Shown: positions 50,660 through 61,687 of the stretch, piece by piece
How the letters are laid out: each line of letters starts with the position of its first letter
Numbering within the stretch: position 1 is the first letter of the stretch
Assembly (NCBI GenBank): GCA_965213715.1
Contig: OZ243914.1
Coordinates: 322,964 to 386,963 of the forward strand
Length of the DNA: 64,000 bases
Direction of reading: 5' to 3'
DNA from: Nitrospirales bacterium
Lineage (GTDB): Bacteria; Nitrospirota; Nitrospiria; Nitrospirales; UBA8639
Notes under the pieces: model-generated
What the model was told of the DNA's origin: nothing
Database searches by the model: none
What the model saw: only the letters and a program-made list of their open reading frames with translations
Translations under genes and position numbers: made by a program

Positions 50660-51658
50660 ATGCAGAAGCCGTATGCACGAAGATTCCATAGTGCATGGAT
50701 GGTCGCCCTATGCTTGGCCGGCTGTCCTGTCCTGTCGTCCGCAGAAACCATCAAGGCTCAACTTGCGACGGCACCGAACGTTCCTCCTCCTATTACCCGT
50801 ACCAAGCCGGCAACGGTCGTGGTTGAAATGGAAGCGAAGGAATACGTCGGCACGATCGCCGAAGGGAAACAATATAAATTCTGGAGTTTCAACGGCACGG
50901 TGCCGGGTCCCATGATCCGGGTCCGGGTTGGCGATACGGTGCACATCCATTTAACCAATGGCAAGGACAGCTCCGAAAGTCATAATATCGACTTTCATGC
51001 GGTTAACGGGCCGGGCGGCGGTGCCACGATGCTGAATACCGAACCCGGACAGGCAACAGGGTTGAGCTTCAAGGCCCTTAATCCCGGGCTCTACGTGTAC
51101 CATTGCGCCACGGCGTCGCCCTCGATTCCGGCCCACATTGCAAACGGCATGTATGGCATGATCCTGGTGGAACCGGAAGGCGGCCTGCCGCCGGTGGACA
51201 AGGAATTCTACGTCCTCCAAAGCGATTTTTATACCAAGGAAAGCAAGGACGGCGTCCTGGAGTTCGACCACAAAAAAGGATCGGACGAACATCCCACTTA
51301 CGTGGTGTATAACGGGATGGCCGGTTCCCTGGTGAAGAATCCGCTCAAGGCCAACGTCGGCGACAAGATACGAATTTTCTTCGGCAATGCCGGTCCCAAC
51401 CTGGTGTCGTCGTGGCACATCATCGGCGAAATCTTCGACAAAGTCTGGACCGAAGGCTCGCTCACGACTCCGCCCCTGGAAAACGTGCAGACCACACTGG
51501 TGCCGGCCGCGGGATCTTCCATCGCGGAATTTGTCGTCGAAGTCCCTGGCACGTATATCTCGGTGGACCATTCGATCTTTCGCATCGAGAAAGGCGCCTT
51601 GGGTCTGCTGAAGGTGGCAGGGAAAAAGAACCCCGACGTCTACAAAGGTCTCCAGTGA
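50660..51658 (+). CDS. nirK: copper-containing nitrite reductase NirK
   Basis: HNIDFHAVNGPGGG carries the T1/T2 Cu histidines, and YVYHCATASPSIPAHIANGMYGMILVEP carries the Cys-His-Met T1 ligands. The signal peptide has a possible lipobox CLAGC. Confidence 0.93.
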   Translation: MQKPYARRFHSAWMVALCLAGCPVLSSAETIKAQLATAPNVPPPITRTKPATVVVEMEAKEYVGTIAEGKQYKFWSFNGTVPGPMIRVRVGDTVHIHLTNGKDSSESHNIDFHAVNGPGGGATMLNTEPGQATGLSFKALNPGLYVYHCATASPSIPAHIANGMYGMILVEPEGGLPPVDKEFYVLQSDFYTKESKDGVLEFDHKKGSDEHPTYVVYNGMAGSLVKNPLKANVGDKIRIFFGNAGPNLVSSWHIIGEIFDKVWTEGSLTTPPLENVQTTLVPAAGSSIAEFVVEVPGTYISVDHSIFRIEKGALGLLKVAGKKNPDVYKGLQ

Positions 51659-51706
51659 GCCGCTTCAGCGAAGGGTGAGTTGGCGTCGAGTCATTCCGCA
51701 AAACCA

Positions 51707-52240
51707 TTACCTCTTCCAGAATTGTTCATATTCGCGCAAGTGCGTGAGTGTGTTGAGGTTCGGCAATCGATCCAAAAAGACCTTGCCGTTCAAATGATCG
51801 ACTTCATGCTGGATCACGCGGGCGAAAAATCCTTCAGCGTCCAATTCCACGGCTTGCCCTCGACGGTCAAGACCACTGACGTTGACCCTTGTCCAACGAG
51901 GCACAAGCCCGCGTAAATCCGGCACGCTCAAGCAGCCTTCCCACCCTTCCACAGTGGTCTCCGCATGTTCCGTGATGATGGGGTTGATCAACACCATGAG
52001 CGGAACAGCCGGATGGTTCGGATAGCGGGGATTGTCCGGTGACACTTCGATCACGATGATCTGTTTGGACACGTGGACCTGCGGCGCGGCAATGCCCACA
52101 CCATTGGCATCCCGCATGGTTTCAACCATGTCATCGATGAGTCGCTGGATTGCCTGCGAATGCAATTCCTCCGAAGAAACCTGTTCGGTTCCCTGTCGAA
52201 TCTTTGGATGGCCCAACCTGGTAATTTTTAACAACGACAC
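51707..52240 (-). CDS. def: peptide deformylase
   Basis: The motifs GIAAPQV, EGCLSVP and HEVDHLNG are present. Confidence 0.95.
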   Translation of the reverse strand: MSLLKITRLGHPKIRQGTEQVSSEELHSQAIQRLIDDMVETMRDANGVGIAAPQVHVSKQIIVIEVSPDNPRYPNHPAVPLMVLINPIITEHAETTVEGWEGCLSVPDLRGLVPRWTRVNVSGLDRRGQAVELDAEGFFARVIQHEVDHLNGKVFLDRLPNLNTLTHLREYEQFWKR

Positions 52241-52446
52241 AATCGATTCCCTCCTTCACCTCACCTTGGTCCTCCTCCCTCAAGGGAGAGGCAATAAAGA
52301 TCGATGGAGATCTACTGTATTCATACCGGGTGTTGACAGCAAGCATTGCAGGCCGTTCGGCCAAACCCAGGTGCCGCCGGAGAAGAAAGGATTCGGATTC
52401 CTCTGTTTTATTGACTTGTTTTGAAGTCGCATGATACCGTTTTGGC

Positions 52447-53943
52447 ATGAAAAAACCTTGTTATTCAATAAGTTTTGAACAATTCCGTCAATTGGCCACA
52501 AAGGGAAATCTCATCCCGGTGTATCGTGAAATCCTGGCGGACAGGGAAACGCCGGTTAGTGCATTTTCAAAAATCAACACCGGCCAGACGGCATTCCTGT
52601 TTGAAAGCATCGAGGGTGGAGAACGTTGGGCACGCTACTCCTTCTTGGGCAACAGCGCCACACAAGTGCTATGGGAAGAAGACGGCCTCCTCCACGTCAA
52701 GAAAGGGCGGAAAACCGAAACCTTTCCCTTAAGAGACAATCCGTTAGACCATATCAGGACAATCATGTCCGAGTTTCAGCCGGTACAGGTGCCCGACCTC
52801 CCGCGCTTTGTCGGGGGCGCCGTTGGGTACCTGGGATACGACGTTGTGCGATCATTCGAAACGATTCCCGAGTATCCCAAGGATTCGGCACGGCTACCCC
52901 TGTTTGCCTTTTTTGTCACGGATACGCTCGTGATCTTCGATAACGTGCGCCATACGGTCAAAGTCGTGGCCAATGCGCATATTGCCTCTTTTAAGAAATC
53001 GGACGTCAGGTCCGCCTACGTGGATGCGACGACCCGCATCGAAAAAATGATCGCGAAGCTCAAGGCACCCTTGCGGCAACGGCCGGCAACCGCGCGCAAG
53101 CACGTTCTCCGCTTCACCTCCAATATGACCCAGACCACCTTTGAAAAAATGGTGATGCGGACCAAAGAATATATTCAGGCCGGTGATATCATCCAGGCCG
53201 TCGTGTCCCAACGATGGCAAACCAGGATTCGGACGTCACCCTTGGAAATCTACCGTGCGTTGCGGGTTATCAATCCATCACCGTACATGTTCTATCTCCG
53301 GGTAGCGGGAGTTGAACTGGTGGGGTCCTCACCGGAAATCCTCGTCCGATGTGAAGAGGACCAAGTCGTCGTCCGGCCAATCGCCGGAACCCGAAAACGT
53401 GGGGATACGGTTGCGAAAGACCAAGCCTTGGCCGATGAACTGTTGGCTGATACCAAGGAACGTGCCGAGCATGTCATGCTGGTTGACTTGGGACGAAACG
53501 ACGTTGGCCGCGTGGCGAAAACGGGCACCGTCGCACTTGATCCGTTCATGAAAATCGAACGTTACTCTCACGTCATGCACATTGTCTCACAGGTGACGGG
53601 GACGCTCTCTCCCGGCAGAGACGCCTATGACGTGATGAAAGCCTGCTTCCCGGCCGGCACGGTTTCGGGAGCGCCGAAGATCCGCGCCATGCAGATCATC
53701 GAAGAACTCGAACCCACGAAACGAGGCCCCTATGCCGGCGCCGTGGGCTATTTCAGTTTCTCGGGCAATATGGATACCTGCATCAACATTCGAACCACGG
53801 TCTTTAAAGGCCGGGACGCCTTTATTCAAGCCGGAGCCGGAATTGTGGCCGATTCGGACCCAACCAGGGAATATGAAGAAACGTGCAACAAAGCCCGCGC
53901 CATGATGCGCAGCATCGAAATGGCCGAAAAAGGGTTGGAATAA
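52447..53943 (+). CDS. trpE: anthranilate synthase component I
   Basis: The segments [33 protein letters not shown] and [13 protein letters not shown] are present. Confidence 0.95.
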   Translation: MKKPCYSISFEQFRQLATKGNLIPVYREILADRETPVSAFSKINTGQTAFLFESIEGGERWARYSFLGNSATQVLWEEDGLLHVKKGRKTETFPLRDNPLDHIRTIMSEFQPVQVPDLPRFVGGAVGYLGYDVVRSFETIPEYPKDSARLPLFAFFVTDTLVIFDNVRHTVKVVANAHIASFKKSDVRSAYVDATTRIEKMIAKLKAPLRQRPATARKHVLRFTSNMTQTTFEKMVMRTKEYIQAGDIIQAVVSQRWQTRIRTSPLEIYRALRVINPSPYMFYLRVAGVELVGSSPEILVRCEEDQVVVRPIAGTRKRGDTVAKDQALADELLADTKERAEHVMLVDLGRNDVGRVAKTGTVALDPFMKIERYSHVMHIVSQVTGTLSPGRDAYDVMKACFPAGTVSGAPKIRAMQIIEELEPTKRGPYAGAVGYFSFSGNMDTCINIRTTVFKGRDAFIQAGAGIVADSDPTREYEETCNKARAMMRSIEMAEKGLE

Positions 53944-53947
53944 TTTC

Positions 53948-54541
53948 ATGTTGCTCATGATCGACAATTATGACTCCTTTACGTACAACCTCGTGCAGTA
54001 CCTGGGTGAACTGGGTACTGATATCGAGGTCCATCGAAACGACAAAATCACAATACATGAAATTACGGAACTGGATCCGGAACGCATTGTGATCTCCCCC
54101 GGTCCATGTACGCCCAACGAAGCCGGCATTTCCGTGGAAGTCATCCGGCAATTTGCCGGGCGCGTGCCGTTGTTGGGCGTCTGCCTCGGGCATCAATCCT
54201 TGGCCTATGCCTTCGGCGGTGAAATCATGCGTGCCGATCGCCTGATGCACGGGAAAACGTCGCTGGTCGAACACGACAATCAAACGATTTTTACGGGCCT
54301 GCCCAACCCGTTCGAAGCCACGCGGTATCATTCGCTGATCGTCAACAAGACAACCTTACCAACTGATTTTGACATTTCCGCGCTGACGGAGGAAGGCGAG
54401 ATCATGGGCCTCCGGCATCGCCCGACCGGTGCGGAAGGCGTGCAGTTTCACCCCGAATCCATCCTCACGAAAGCCGGCATGGACCTGTTGCGAAACTTTT
54501 TTGAACTCGGCTCCGGCAATGGCCAGGGCAAGACGGCATGA
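53948..54541 (+). CDS. trpG: anthranilate synthase component II (glutamine amidotransferase)
   Basis: The segments [23 protein letters not shown] and QFHPES are present. Confidence 0.95.
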   Translation: MLLMIDNYDSFTYNLVQYLGELGTDIEVHRNDKITIHEITELDPERIVISPGPCTPNEAGISVEVIRQFAGRVPLLGVCLGHQSLAYAFGGEIMRADRLMHGKTSLVEHDNQTIFTGLPNPFEATRYHSLIVNKTTLPTDFDISALTEEGEIMGLRHRPTGAEGVQFHPESILTKAGMDLLRNFFELGSGNGQGKTA

Positions 54542-55557
54542 TCAAGGACGCTCTCACAAAATTGGTTGACGGCATCGACCTGACGGAAAAAGAAGCATAC
54601 GACGTCATGTTGGAAATGATGCAGGGAGCAACCGCCGAATCCCAGATTGCCGCCTACCTCATGGGCCTTCGGATGAAAGGCGAGACCGTCGAAGAAATCA
54701 CGGGCTCGGTCAAAGCCATGCGTGAAATGGCCGTGCGGATCCACGTGGGAGATCCCCAGGTCATTGATACCTGCGGGACCGGCGGCGATCGATCCAATAC
54801 GTTCAATATTTCCACCGCGACCGCCTTCGTGGTTGCCGGAGGAGGCATGACCGTTGCCAAGCATGGCAACAGATCGGTGTCTTCACGGTCCGGAAGCGCA
54901 GACGTGCTGACGGCCATGGGCGTCAAGATCGACCTTCCTCCTGAGCACGTGGAAGCATGCGTCAATGAAATCGGCATCGGCTTCCTGTTCGCACCGCTCT
55001 ACCACGGAGCCATGAAGCATTGCGCGAAACCTCGCTCTGAAATGGGCGTGCGAACGCTCATGAACATCATGGGCCCGTTGTCCAATCCCGCCGGCGCCGG
55101 CATCCAGATCCTAGGCGTGTACGATCAGGCCCTGACGGAAAAACTTGCCCGGGTCCTTATCCGTTTGGGCACCCAACATTGTTTTGTCCTGCACGGCAAA
55201 GACGGGTTGGATGAAATGACGTTGACCGATTTCACCTACGTGTCCGAAGGTAAAGCCGGACGGATTTCGAGTTACCATCTTGCCCCGGAAGATTTTGGAT
55301 TGCCCCGGGCCAATCCGAAAGACCTGCGTGGCGGAACTCCCGAAGACAATGCCGCCATCATCCAAGATCTTCTCAAGGGACATCAGAGCGCCAAGCGTGA
55401 CGTGGTTCTCATGAATGCCGCTCCGGCGTTCGTGGCCTGCGGGAAAGCCAAAAACTTGAAAGACGGGTTCACCCAAGCCGCGAGTACGCTGGATAGCGGG
55501 GCCGCGTATGAAAAATTGCAGAAACTCGTCAAGTTCTCCAACAAGGCAACCGTATGA
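54538..55557 (+). CDS. trpD: anthranilate phosphoribosyltransferase
   Basis: The segments [16 protein letters not shown] and [17 protein letters not shown] are present. Confidence 0.95.
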   Translation: MIKDALTKLVDGIDLTEKEAYDVMLEMMQGATAESQIAAYLMGLRMKGETVEEITGSVKAMREMAVRIHVGDPQVIDTCGTGGDRSNTFNISTATAFVVAGGGMTVAKHGNRSVSSRSGSADVLTAMGVKIDLPPEHVEACVNEIGIGFLFAPLYHGAMKHCAKPRSEMGVRTLMNIMGPLSNPAGAGIQILGVYDQALTEKLARVLIRLGTQHCFVLHGKDGLDEMTLTDFTYVSEGKAGRISSYHLAPEDFGLPRANPKDLRGGTPEDNAAIIQDLLKGHQSAKRDVVLMNAAPAFVACGKAKNLKDGFTQAASTLDSGAAYEKLQKLVKFSNKATV

Positions 55558-56408
55558 TCCTGGACCGCATCCTGGAACATAAAAAAGCTGAACTCCGGCG
55601 AAAAACGGGGCGCGGATACATGGCTGCACTCAAAGGGAGAATAGCCGACCGCCCCGCGCCATCCGGCTTTATCGACGCCTTGGAGAAAGCCTCTGCGGCA
55701 GACCAGCCCGCCCTCATTGCGGAGGTCAAGAAGGCGTCACCCAGCCAGGGGTTGATGCGCCCGGAGTTTGCAGACAGGTATGAACCGGTCGGCATTGCCA
55801 ATACATACAAGGAACACGGGGCGGCAGCGGTCTCGGTATTGACGGATCAGGAATTCTTTCAAGGGCATTTGGATCACCTGACCAGCGTCAAGGACCACGT
55901 GGGGTTGCCGGTGCTGAACAAGGAATTCATGATCGAAGACATTCAATTTTACGAAGCCCGGGCCCATGGAGCCGATGCCGTTCTGCTGATCGTGGCGGCC
56001 TTGGACCGGATTCAGCTTGAAGACTTGTATGCAATAGCCAAGGGCTTGGCGCTCGACGTGCTGGTGGAAACACATCATGAATCGGAAGTTGACAGGACCT
56101 TGGAACGAATCCCCGACGCAACCCTGATCGGTATCAACAACCGGGATTTGAAAACCTTCTCGACCGATCTCTCGGTGACCCAACGGCTAGCCCGCCGGAT
56201 TCCGTCCGAAAAAGTCATCGTCAGCGAAAGCGGAATCCACAAACGCGAGGACGTCGCGCAGATTCTGGAAGCCGGAGCCAAAGCCATGCTGGTGGGTGAA
56301 TCCCTGGTTCGAGCCGATGAGATTGGCGCCAAGATTCAAGAACTCATGGGAACAGCCGGGCAGGAAGATGAAGCCGCACCACCCGTTCACGAAACCCGCT
56401 GGATATAA
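55554..56408 (+). CDS. trpC: indole-3-glycerol phosphate synthase
   Basis: The segments LIAEVKKASPSQG, ISVLTD..FFQG, IGINNRDL and SESGI are present. Confidence 0.93.
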   Translation: MILDRILEHKKAELRRKTGRGYMAALKGRIADRPAPSGFIDALEKASAADQPALIAEVKKASPSQGLMRPEFADRYEPVGIANTYKEHGAAAVSVLTDQEFFQGHLDHLTSVKDHVGLPVLNKEFMIEDIQFYEARAHGADAVLLIVAALDRIQLEDLYAIAKGLALDVLVETHHESEVDRTLERIPDATLIGINNRDLKTFSTDLSVTQRLARRIPSEKVIVSESGIHKREDVAQILEAGAKAMLVGESLVRADEIGAKIQELMGTAGQEDEAAPPVHETRWI

Positions 56409-56432
56409 CCGTTACATTCAGACTCTCAAGTC

Positions 56433-57068
56433 ATGGCTCTACCAAAAATCAAAATCTGTGGCATCACGAACCCGATCGACGCCTTGCAGGCCGTTGACGC
56501 GGGGGCCGATGCGCTCGGGTTCGTCTTCTACAAGAAAAGCCCTCGCCACGTGAATCTGAACGTGGTCAAATCCATTGTGGCCGATTTACCTCCGTTCGTG
56601 TTGCCGGTCGGGGTATTCGTCAATGAGGAACCCGAGAAGGTGCGCAAGACGATGGACGAATGCGGCTTGGCACTCGCGCAAATTCATGGAGACGAATCGG
56701 CTGAATATTGTGAATCGCTGGGGCGTCCGGTTATCCGGGGGATCAGGCTCCGTGACCACAACACCTTGTTTGCCATGGCCGAGTACAAGGGACGGGCGCG
56801 CGTTCGAGGATTCGTACTGGATGCCTTTTCAGAGACAGCCTATGGAGGCACCGGCAAAACCGCAGACTGGAACCTTGCCACGGAGGCCGCTCAATCGTTT
56901 TCTTTTTTGCTGGCAGGAGGGCTCACCACAAACAACGTTCAGGAGGCGATGCGGACAGTGCAACCTTACGGCGTGGACGTCAGCAGCGGCGTCGAGGCTG
57001 GTCCGGGCAAGAAAGACCCGGCCAAAGTCACGGCCTTCATCCAGGCCGTTAAACTTGTGTCGGTATAA
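56433..57068 (+). CDS. trpF: phosphoribosylanthranilate isomerase
   Basis: The segments [21 protein letters not shown] and GVDVSSGVE are present. Confidence 0.92.
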   Translation: MALPKIKICGITNPIDALQAVDAGADALGFVFYKKSPRHVNLNVVKSIVADLPPFVLPVGVFVNEEPEKVRKTMDECGLALAQIHGDESAEYCESLGRPVIRGIRLRDHNTLFAMAEYKGRARVRGFVLDAFSETAYGGTGKTADWNLATEAAQSFSFLLAGGLTTNNVQEAMRTVQPYGVDVSSGVEAGPGKKDPAKVTAFIQAVKLVSV

Positions 57069-57121
57069 ATTCAGCCGGTATAGTTCCGTCCGAATCCCTT
57101 CGCTCGGACAACCATAGACCC

Positions 57122-58315
57122 ATGTCACGTGTTCCCCTTAAAAAGAGCCGATTCGGCGAATATGGAGGGCAATATGTCCCCGAGACCCTGATGCCCGCCA
57201 TCACGGAACTGGAACACGTCTATGCAAAGCTTCGGACCGACCGCAGTTTCCAAAAAGAATTTCATGAATGTCTCAAACAATACGTGGGTCGTCCGACGCC
57301 GCTGTACTTAGCCAAACAACTCACCAGGAAATTGGGCGGAGCCAAAATCTATCTCAAGCGGGAAGACCTCTGCCATACCGGCGCACACAAGATCAACAAT
57401 ACCGTGGGCCAGGCATTGTTGACCCAACGCATGAAAAAGCGGCGGGTCATCGCGGAAACCGGTGCAGGACAACACGGCGTCGCGGTTGCAACCATCGCCG
57501 CCATGTTCGGGCTCGAAGCGGAAATATACATGGGGACCGAAGACATGGCGCGCCAGGCGCTCAACGTGTTTCGCATGCGATTGCTCGGAGCAAAAGTCAC
57601 GGGCGTGGACGCAGGCAGCCGGACACTCAAGGACGCCATCAGCGAGGCCATGCGTGATTGGACGACAAACGTGAGAACCACGCATTACCTGCTGGGCTCC
57701 GTGCTGGGCGCGCATCCCTACCCGATGATGATCCGTGATTTTCAATCGGTCATTGGCCGGGAAACCCGGCGACAGATCATGGCCGCCGAAGGAACACTCC
57801 CGCATTGCCTGGTGGCCTGCGTCGGAGGAGGGAGCAACAGCATTGGCCTGTTCTACCCGTTTATCAAGGATGCACGGACTCAAATGGTCGGAGTGGAAGC
57901 CGGTGGCATGGGTTTGACCAGCGGGAAACATGCCGCTCGATTTGCCGGCGGCGTGCCGGGCGTGCTCCACGGAACGATGACCTACCTGCTCCAAAACCGG
58001 CACGGCCAAATCAGCAGCACGCATTCGGTGTCGGCCGGCCTTGATTATCCCGCGGTCGGTCCCGAACACGCCATGCACCATGACTCGGGCCGCATTCAGT
58101 ACACCTCGGCGACCGACCAGGAAGCCTTGGAAGCCTTCGACCTCTTGTCTCAAGAGGAAGGGATTATTCCCGCCCTGGAAAGCGCGCATGCAGTCGCTGA
58201 AGTTATCAAACGGGCGCCGAAGATGAAGAAAAACCAAATCCTGATCATGAACCTGTCCGGACGCGGGGATAAAGACGTCAACCAGATCGCCCAGATGCGG
58301 GGCATCCAACTCTGA
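57122..58315 (+). CDS. trpB: tryptophan synthase beta chain
   Basis: The segments [24 protein letters not shown] (PLP lysine), GAGQHGVA and GGGSNSIG are present. Confidence 0.96.
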   Translation: MSRVPLKKSRFGEYGGQYVPETLMPAITELEHVYAKLRTDRSFQKEFHECLKQYVGRPTPLYLAKQLTRKLGGAKIYLKREDLCHTGAHKINNTVGQALLTQRMKKRRVIAETGAGQHGVAVATIAAMFGLEAEIYMGTEDMARQALNVFRMRLLGAKVTGVDAGSRTLKDAISEAMRDWTTNVRTTHYLLGSVLGAHPYPMMIRDFQSVIGRETRRQIMAAEGTLPHCLVACVGGGSNSIGLFYPFIKDARTQMVGVEAGGMGLTSGKHAARFAGGVPGVLHGTMTYLLQNRHGQISSTHSVSAGLDYPAVGPEHAMHHDSGRIQYTSATDQEALEAFDLLSQEEGIIPALESAHAVAEVIKRAPKMKKNQILIMNLSGRGDKDVNQIAQMRGIQL

Positions 58316-58317
58316 TC

Positions 58318-59133
58318 ATGGCCAATCCTTCCAATCGCATCACCGCCACGTTTGACCGTCTTCGCCGGCAAGGGGAAAAGGCGTTGATCCCTTATATCAT
58401 GGCCGGGGATCCTTCATTGGCTGAAACGGAAACCCTGGTGGTGGCGCTGGAAAAGGCCGGAGCCGACCTGATTGAACTCGGCGTCCCATTTTCTGATCCT
58501 ATCGCCGACGGACCCGTGATCCAAAAAGCGGCTGAACGCGCGTTGCGGACGGGCACCTCCTTGCGCGGAATTTTACAGTCCGTCAAATCCTTACGAACCA
58601 AAACTCAAGTCCCGCTCATTCTGATGACTTACTACAACACCGTCATGGCCATGGGGGAATGGGAATTCTGTGACGCAGCGGTTCGTGCCGGGGTCGATGG
58701 CGTCATCATTCCGGACATGCCGCCCGAAGAAGCCGACTCGTTGCAACGAGCCTCCGCGGAAAAAGGTCCCTGCCTGATCTTTCTGCTCGCACCGACGAGC
58801 ACCACGGCCAGAAAAGCCGAAGTCATCAAACGCACCAGCGGATTCATTTATTACGTGTCCATTACCGGAATCACCGGGGCGAAACTACGGGACCAGGATT
58901 CCATCAAACGCAACGTGCGCGCGCTCCAAAAGAAAGCCGGGAAACCCGTGGCCGTAGGATTCGGCATCGCCACCCCCGACGATGCCCGGCAAATCGCGGC
59001 TTTCTCCGACGGCGTCATCGTGGGGAGTGCCATCGTGCGAAAAATAGAAGCATTCCAGCATTCCACCGACTTGGTCCAGGAAATCAGCCGGTTTACGGCC
59101 GGGCTGAAAGCCGCCCTCTCCGATTCGTGTTGA
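58318..59133 (+). CDS. trpA: tryptophan synthase alpha chain
   Basis: The segments LIELGVPFSDPIADGPVIQ, YYVSITGITG and GFGI are present. Confidence 0.95.
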   Translation: MANPSNRITATFDRLRRQGEKALIPYIMAGDPSLAETETLVVALEKAGADLIELGVPFSDPIADGPVIQKAAERALRTGTSLRGILQSVKSLRTKTQVPLILMTYYNTVMAMGEWEFCDAAVRAGVDGVIIPDMPPEEADSLQRASAEKGPCLIFLLAPTSTTARKAEVIKRTSGFIYYVSITGITGAKLRDQDSIKRNVRALQKKAGKPVAVGFGIATPDDARQIAAFSDGVIVGSAIVRKIEAFQHSTDLVQEISRFTAGLKAALSDSC

Positions 59134-60572
59134 GTCTTGACGACGTAAACGCCGTTCTCACGGAAATGGCGCCGGCTTGCGCCGGAGGATTTATCCAAAA
59201 GATCCAGCAGCCGACGCCCGATACGATCATCCTTGCACTGCGCCGGCCCGGACGTTCTCTTTCACTTCTACTTTCAACCCATTCCCAATACGGACGGCTG
59301 CATATCCTGAGTCAAAAAATTTCGTCTGTTCCAACGCCGCCGTCGTTCTGTCAATATGCTCGCGCCCATCTCTTGGGAACACAAATCCATCGTCTTGCCC
59401 AAACCGCTGATGACCGCATCGTGTGGTTCGAGCTCAAAAGAGGCCAACAGGTGTTCTCGCTGGTCCTTGCATTGACCGGCCGTTCGGCCAACATCTTCGT
59501 CCTGGATGCCCAGGCCACGGTGCTTCGGGCCCTCAAACCAAGCCGACAGGCTATGAGGCAACGGTTTACCCTTGCTCCTTGTCCTTGGAGGAGCAACAGT
59601 CCAGCGGAAGCGTTTCCGCCCATGCCTGACGTGGAGAAGATGGCTTTTCCCGTTTCTGAACGAATCGAAGCGTCTTATTCCACGTCCGAACTCAACGCAA
59701 CGCTCGAAGACGAACGTCACCGACAAATCGCGCACGTCCGTAAACACATCAAGAAGTTGCAGCGACGGATCGAGAAATTGACACAAGATTTTGCAAAAGT
59801 CGATGCGTATCGTGAATATGGACGGTACGGCGAGCTGTTGAAGAACCACGTTTCCGCTCTGGGCAAAGGACAGAAACACGTTACAGTCGTTGATTACTTT
59901 GATGACGGACTGCCGGAGATCACGCTCCCGTTAGACCCGGGGAAAGATGGACCCGAGAATCTGAAAAACTATTTCACGAAATACGGAAAATTTACGGGAG
60001 CCCGGAAAAACCTTGTGCCCCGGCTCAACCAAGCCAAAACAGAATTGGCGAAATATCAGCAGGAATTAGAAGCCTTGGAGAGTGGGAAATTGGCAAACTC
60101 ACGAGAAACTGAACCGGTCACAGCACTGCCGAAGCCGCAGGTCCCGTTACGCGCCCCGCAACGTTCCAAGCCCAAAACCCAACCTGCCGTCCCATACCGC
60201 GAATTTTCCTCTCAGGAAGGATGCCCCATCCTGGTTGGCAAAACCGCCAAGGATAACGACGCCGTCACGTTCAAGGTCTCCAAGCCCGATGATCTTTGGC
60301 TACACGCCAGGGGAACGCCGGGATCGCACGTGATCGTCAAGCTGGAAAAGAAACAGCAGGTTCCTCCGGAAACCTTGAAGGACGCCGCGACCCTGGCTTT
60401 GTTTTACAGCGATCTACGAAAAAGCGGAAAAGGCGAAGTCATCTATACCTTGAGAAAAAACGTCAAGAAACCCAAGGGCGCGAAGCCCGGCTCGGTCACC
60501 GTGACTCAAGAAAAAAATCTGTGGGCCTTGGTGGATCAGGCTCGTTTGGATCGACTGAAAGAATCCGGCTGA
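59127..60572 (+). CDS. NFACT-family (FbpA/RqcH-like) protein with DUF814/NFACT-R domain
   Basis: The N-terminal NFACT-N-like region is GGFIQKIQQPTPDTIILAL..S..LLLS. A coiled coil follows. The C-terminus reads ILVGKTAKDNDAVTFKVSKPDDLWLHARGTPGSHVIV...DAATLALFYS. A GTG start overlaps the trpA stop. Confidence 0.82.
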   Translation: MLSLDDVNAVLTEMAPACAGGFIQKIQQPTPDTIILALRRPGRSLSLLLSTHSQYGRLHILSQKISSVPTPPSFCQYARAHLLGTQIHRLAQTADDRIVWFELKRGQQVFSLVLALTGRSANIFVLDAQATVLRALKPSRQAMRQRFTLAPCPWRSNSPAEAFPPMPDVEKMAFPVSERIEASYSTSELNATLEDERHRQIAHVRKHIKKLQRRIEKLTQDFAKVDAYREYGRYGELLKNHVSALGKGQKHVTVVDYFDDGLPEITLPLDPGKDGPENLKNYFTKYGKFTGARKNLVPRLNQAKTELAKYQQELEALESGKLANSRETEPVTALPKPQVPLRAPQRSKPKTQPAVPYREFSSQEGCPILVGKTAKDNDAVTFKVSKPDDLWLHARGTPGSHVIVKLEKKQQVPPETLKDAATLALFYSDLRKSGKGEVIYTLRKNVKKPKGAKPGSVTVTQEKNLWALVDQARLDRLKESG

Positions 60573-60704
60573 TCGACCTCCCTCTCCCCTCGTCAGAACG
60601 GAAGGACATCAGAAAAGAATGCCCGTTCGGTCCCGCCTCTTTGCAAAGGGAGACAGAAGGTGAGAGAGAGACAGGCGACAAACACAACAACCAAGGAGCC
60701 CAAC

Positions 60705-61319
60705 ATGAACGATTCACTGACGGAAGAAGTACAGACACGAAGAAAGCCGAATTATGACGTCCATCCTCTTATTGTGAACCGGTGGTCTCCCCGTTCGATG
60801 ACCGGTGAAGAATTATCCGATGACGAACTCATGCCGCTGTTTGAAGCGGCTCGTTGGGCGCCGTCATCGAATAATGCGCAACTGTGGCGATTCGTGTATG
60901 CAAAACGTCAGACGGCGTTTTGGGAGACATTCGTAAATTTGCTGGCCGAAGGCAATAAAGTATGGGCCCGGCAGGCAGCCGCATTGATCGTTGTCACCTC
61001 CAGGAAACTCTTCGAACGGAACGACAAACCCGCGGTCACGTATGCCTTTGATGCCGGCGCGGCGTGGGAAAATCTTGCATTGGAAGGAACACGACGAGGA
61101 TTTGTCGTACACGGGATGCAAGGATTCGATTACGAGAAGGCCCGAAGCGAACTTCACGTACCCGAAAACTACGACGTCCTGGCCATGCTCGCCGTTGGAA
61201 AGCGCGCGCCAAGGGAATCCCTGCCCGATCATCTTCAAGAAAGGGAACACCCAAATGACCGGCGGCCATTGACTGAAATCATCGTGGCGGGCCGGTTCGA
61301 AAAACAAGAACATCCTTGA
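60705..61319 (+). CDS. nitroreductase-family protein
   Basis: The segments RWSPRSM and LFEAARWAPSSNNAQLWRFVY are present. The track ORF starts at 60660, and the MNDSLTEE start at 60705 follows AAGGAG. Confidence 0.88.
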   Translation: MNDSLTEEVQTRRKPNYDVHPLIVNRWSPRSMTGEELSDDELMPLFEAARWAPSSNNAQLWRFVYAKRQTAFWETFVNLLAEGNKVWARQAAALIVVTSRKLFERNDKPAVTYAFDAGAAWENLALEGTRRGFVVHGMQGFDYEKARSELHVPENYDVLAMLAVGKRAPRESLPDHLQEREHPNDRRPLTEIIVAGRFEKQEHP

Positions 61320-61366
61320 GACCTGTTCACGTTTGGGCAAGAATATTCATTGGGCCGTTTGCCTTC

Positions 61367-61395
61367 TTGACATTTAAATTCTATTCCGATATAAG
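61367..61395 (+). promoter_or_regulatory. near-consensus sigma-70 promoter
   Basis: TTGACA (61367-61372), a 17-nt spacer, then TATAAG (61390-61395). Confidence 0.6.
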
Positions 61396-61401
61396 CCCTT
61401 A

Positions 61402-61517
61402 ATCATAAGACGGCACAGCCGGGAAACGAGGAAGTTTTCCTGGCCGGCCTTTAAAAATGAGCAAGGACATTGACGTCCTTTTGGTTTGTGATTCAGACCA
61501 GAAGGGCGTTTTTTTTT
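61402..61517 (+). ncRNA. candidate ~115-nt small RNA or terminating leader upstream of porin-urtA
   Basis: It lies downstream of the promoter. The first hairpin is at 61418-61448 (GCCGG...AGGAA-GTT-TTCCT...CCGGC). It is followed by an intrinsic terminator at 61474-61517 (CGTCCTTTTGGT-11 nt-ACCAGAAGGGCG, 12 bp including 2 G-U pairs, then T9). There is no ORF on this strand. I do not recognise a known riboswitch class. Confidence 0.45.
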
Positions 61518-61687
61518 GTTCATTTCATTGATGGCGGCAAAAGAAGGTGACAAACGGACGAACATGACGTTTCGTCTCGATGAAGGAAACAATGATGTTT
61601 CCCGCATTGCCGAATCAGGGAAATTTTGGGGTGCCCGCAAAAGACAGCCTTGCAAAATCGACTCTGACACGAAAAGGACTTCTAGCC

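Noticed and set aside
52241-52446. I looked for a trp leader peptide, attenuator or T-box upstream of trpE.
   Set aside because: There is no small ORF with tandem Trp codons, no convincing terminator (only a weak AGGA/TCCT hairpin before CTGTTTTA), and no T-box specifier features. The region is probably just a divergent def/trpE promoter region.
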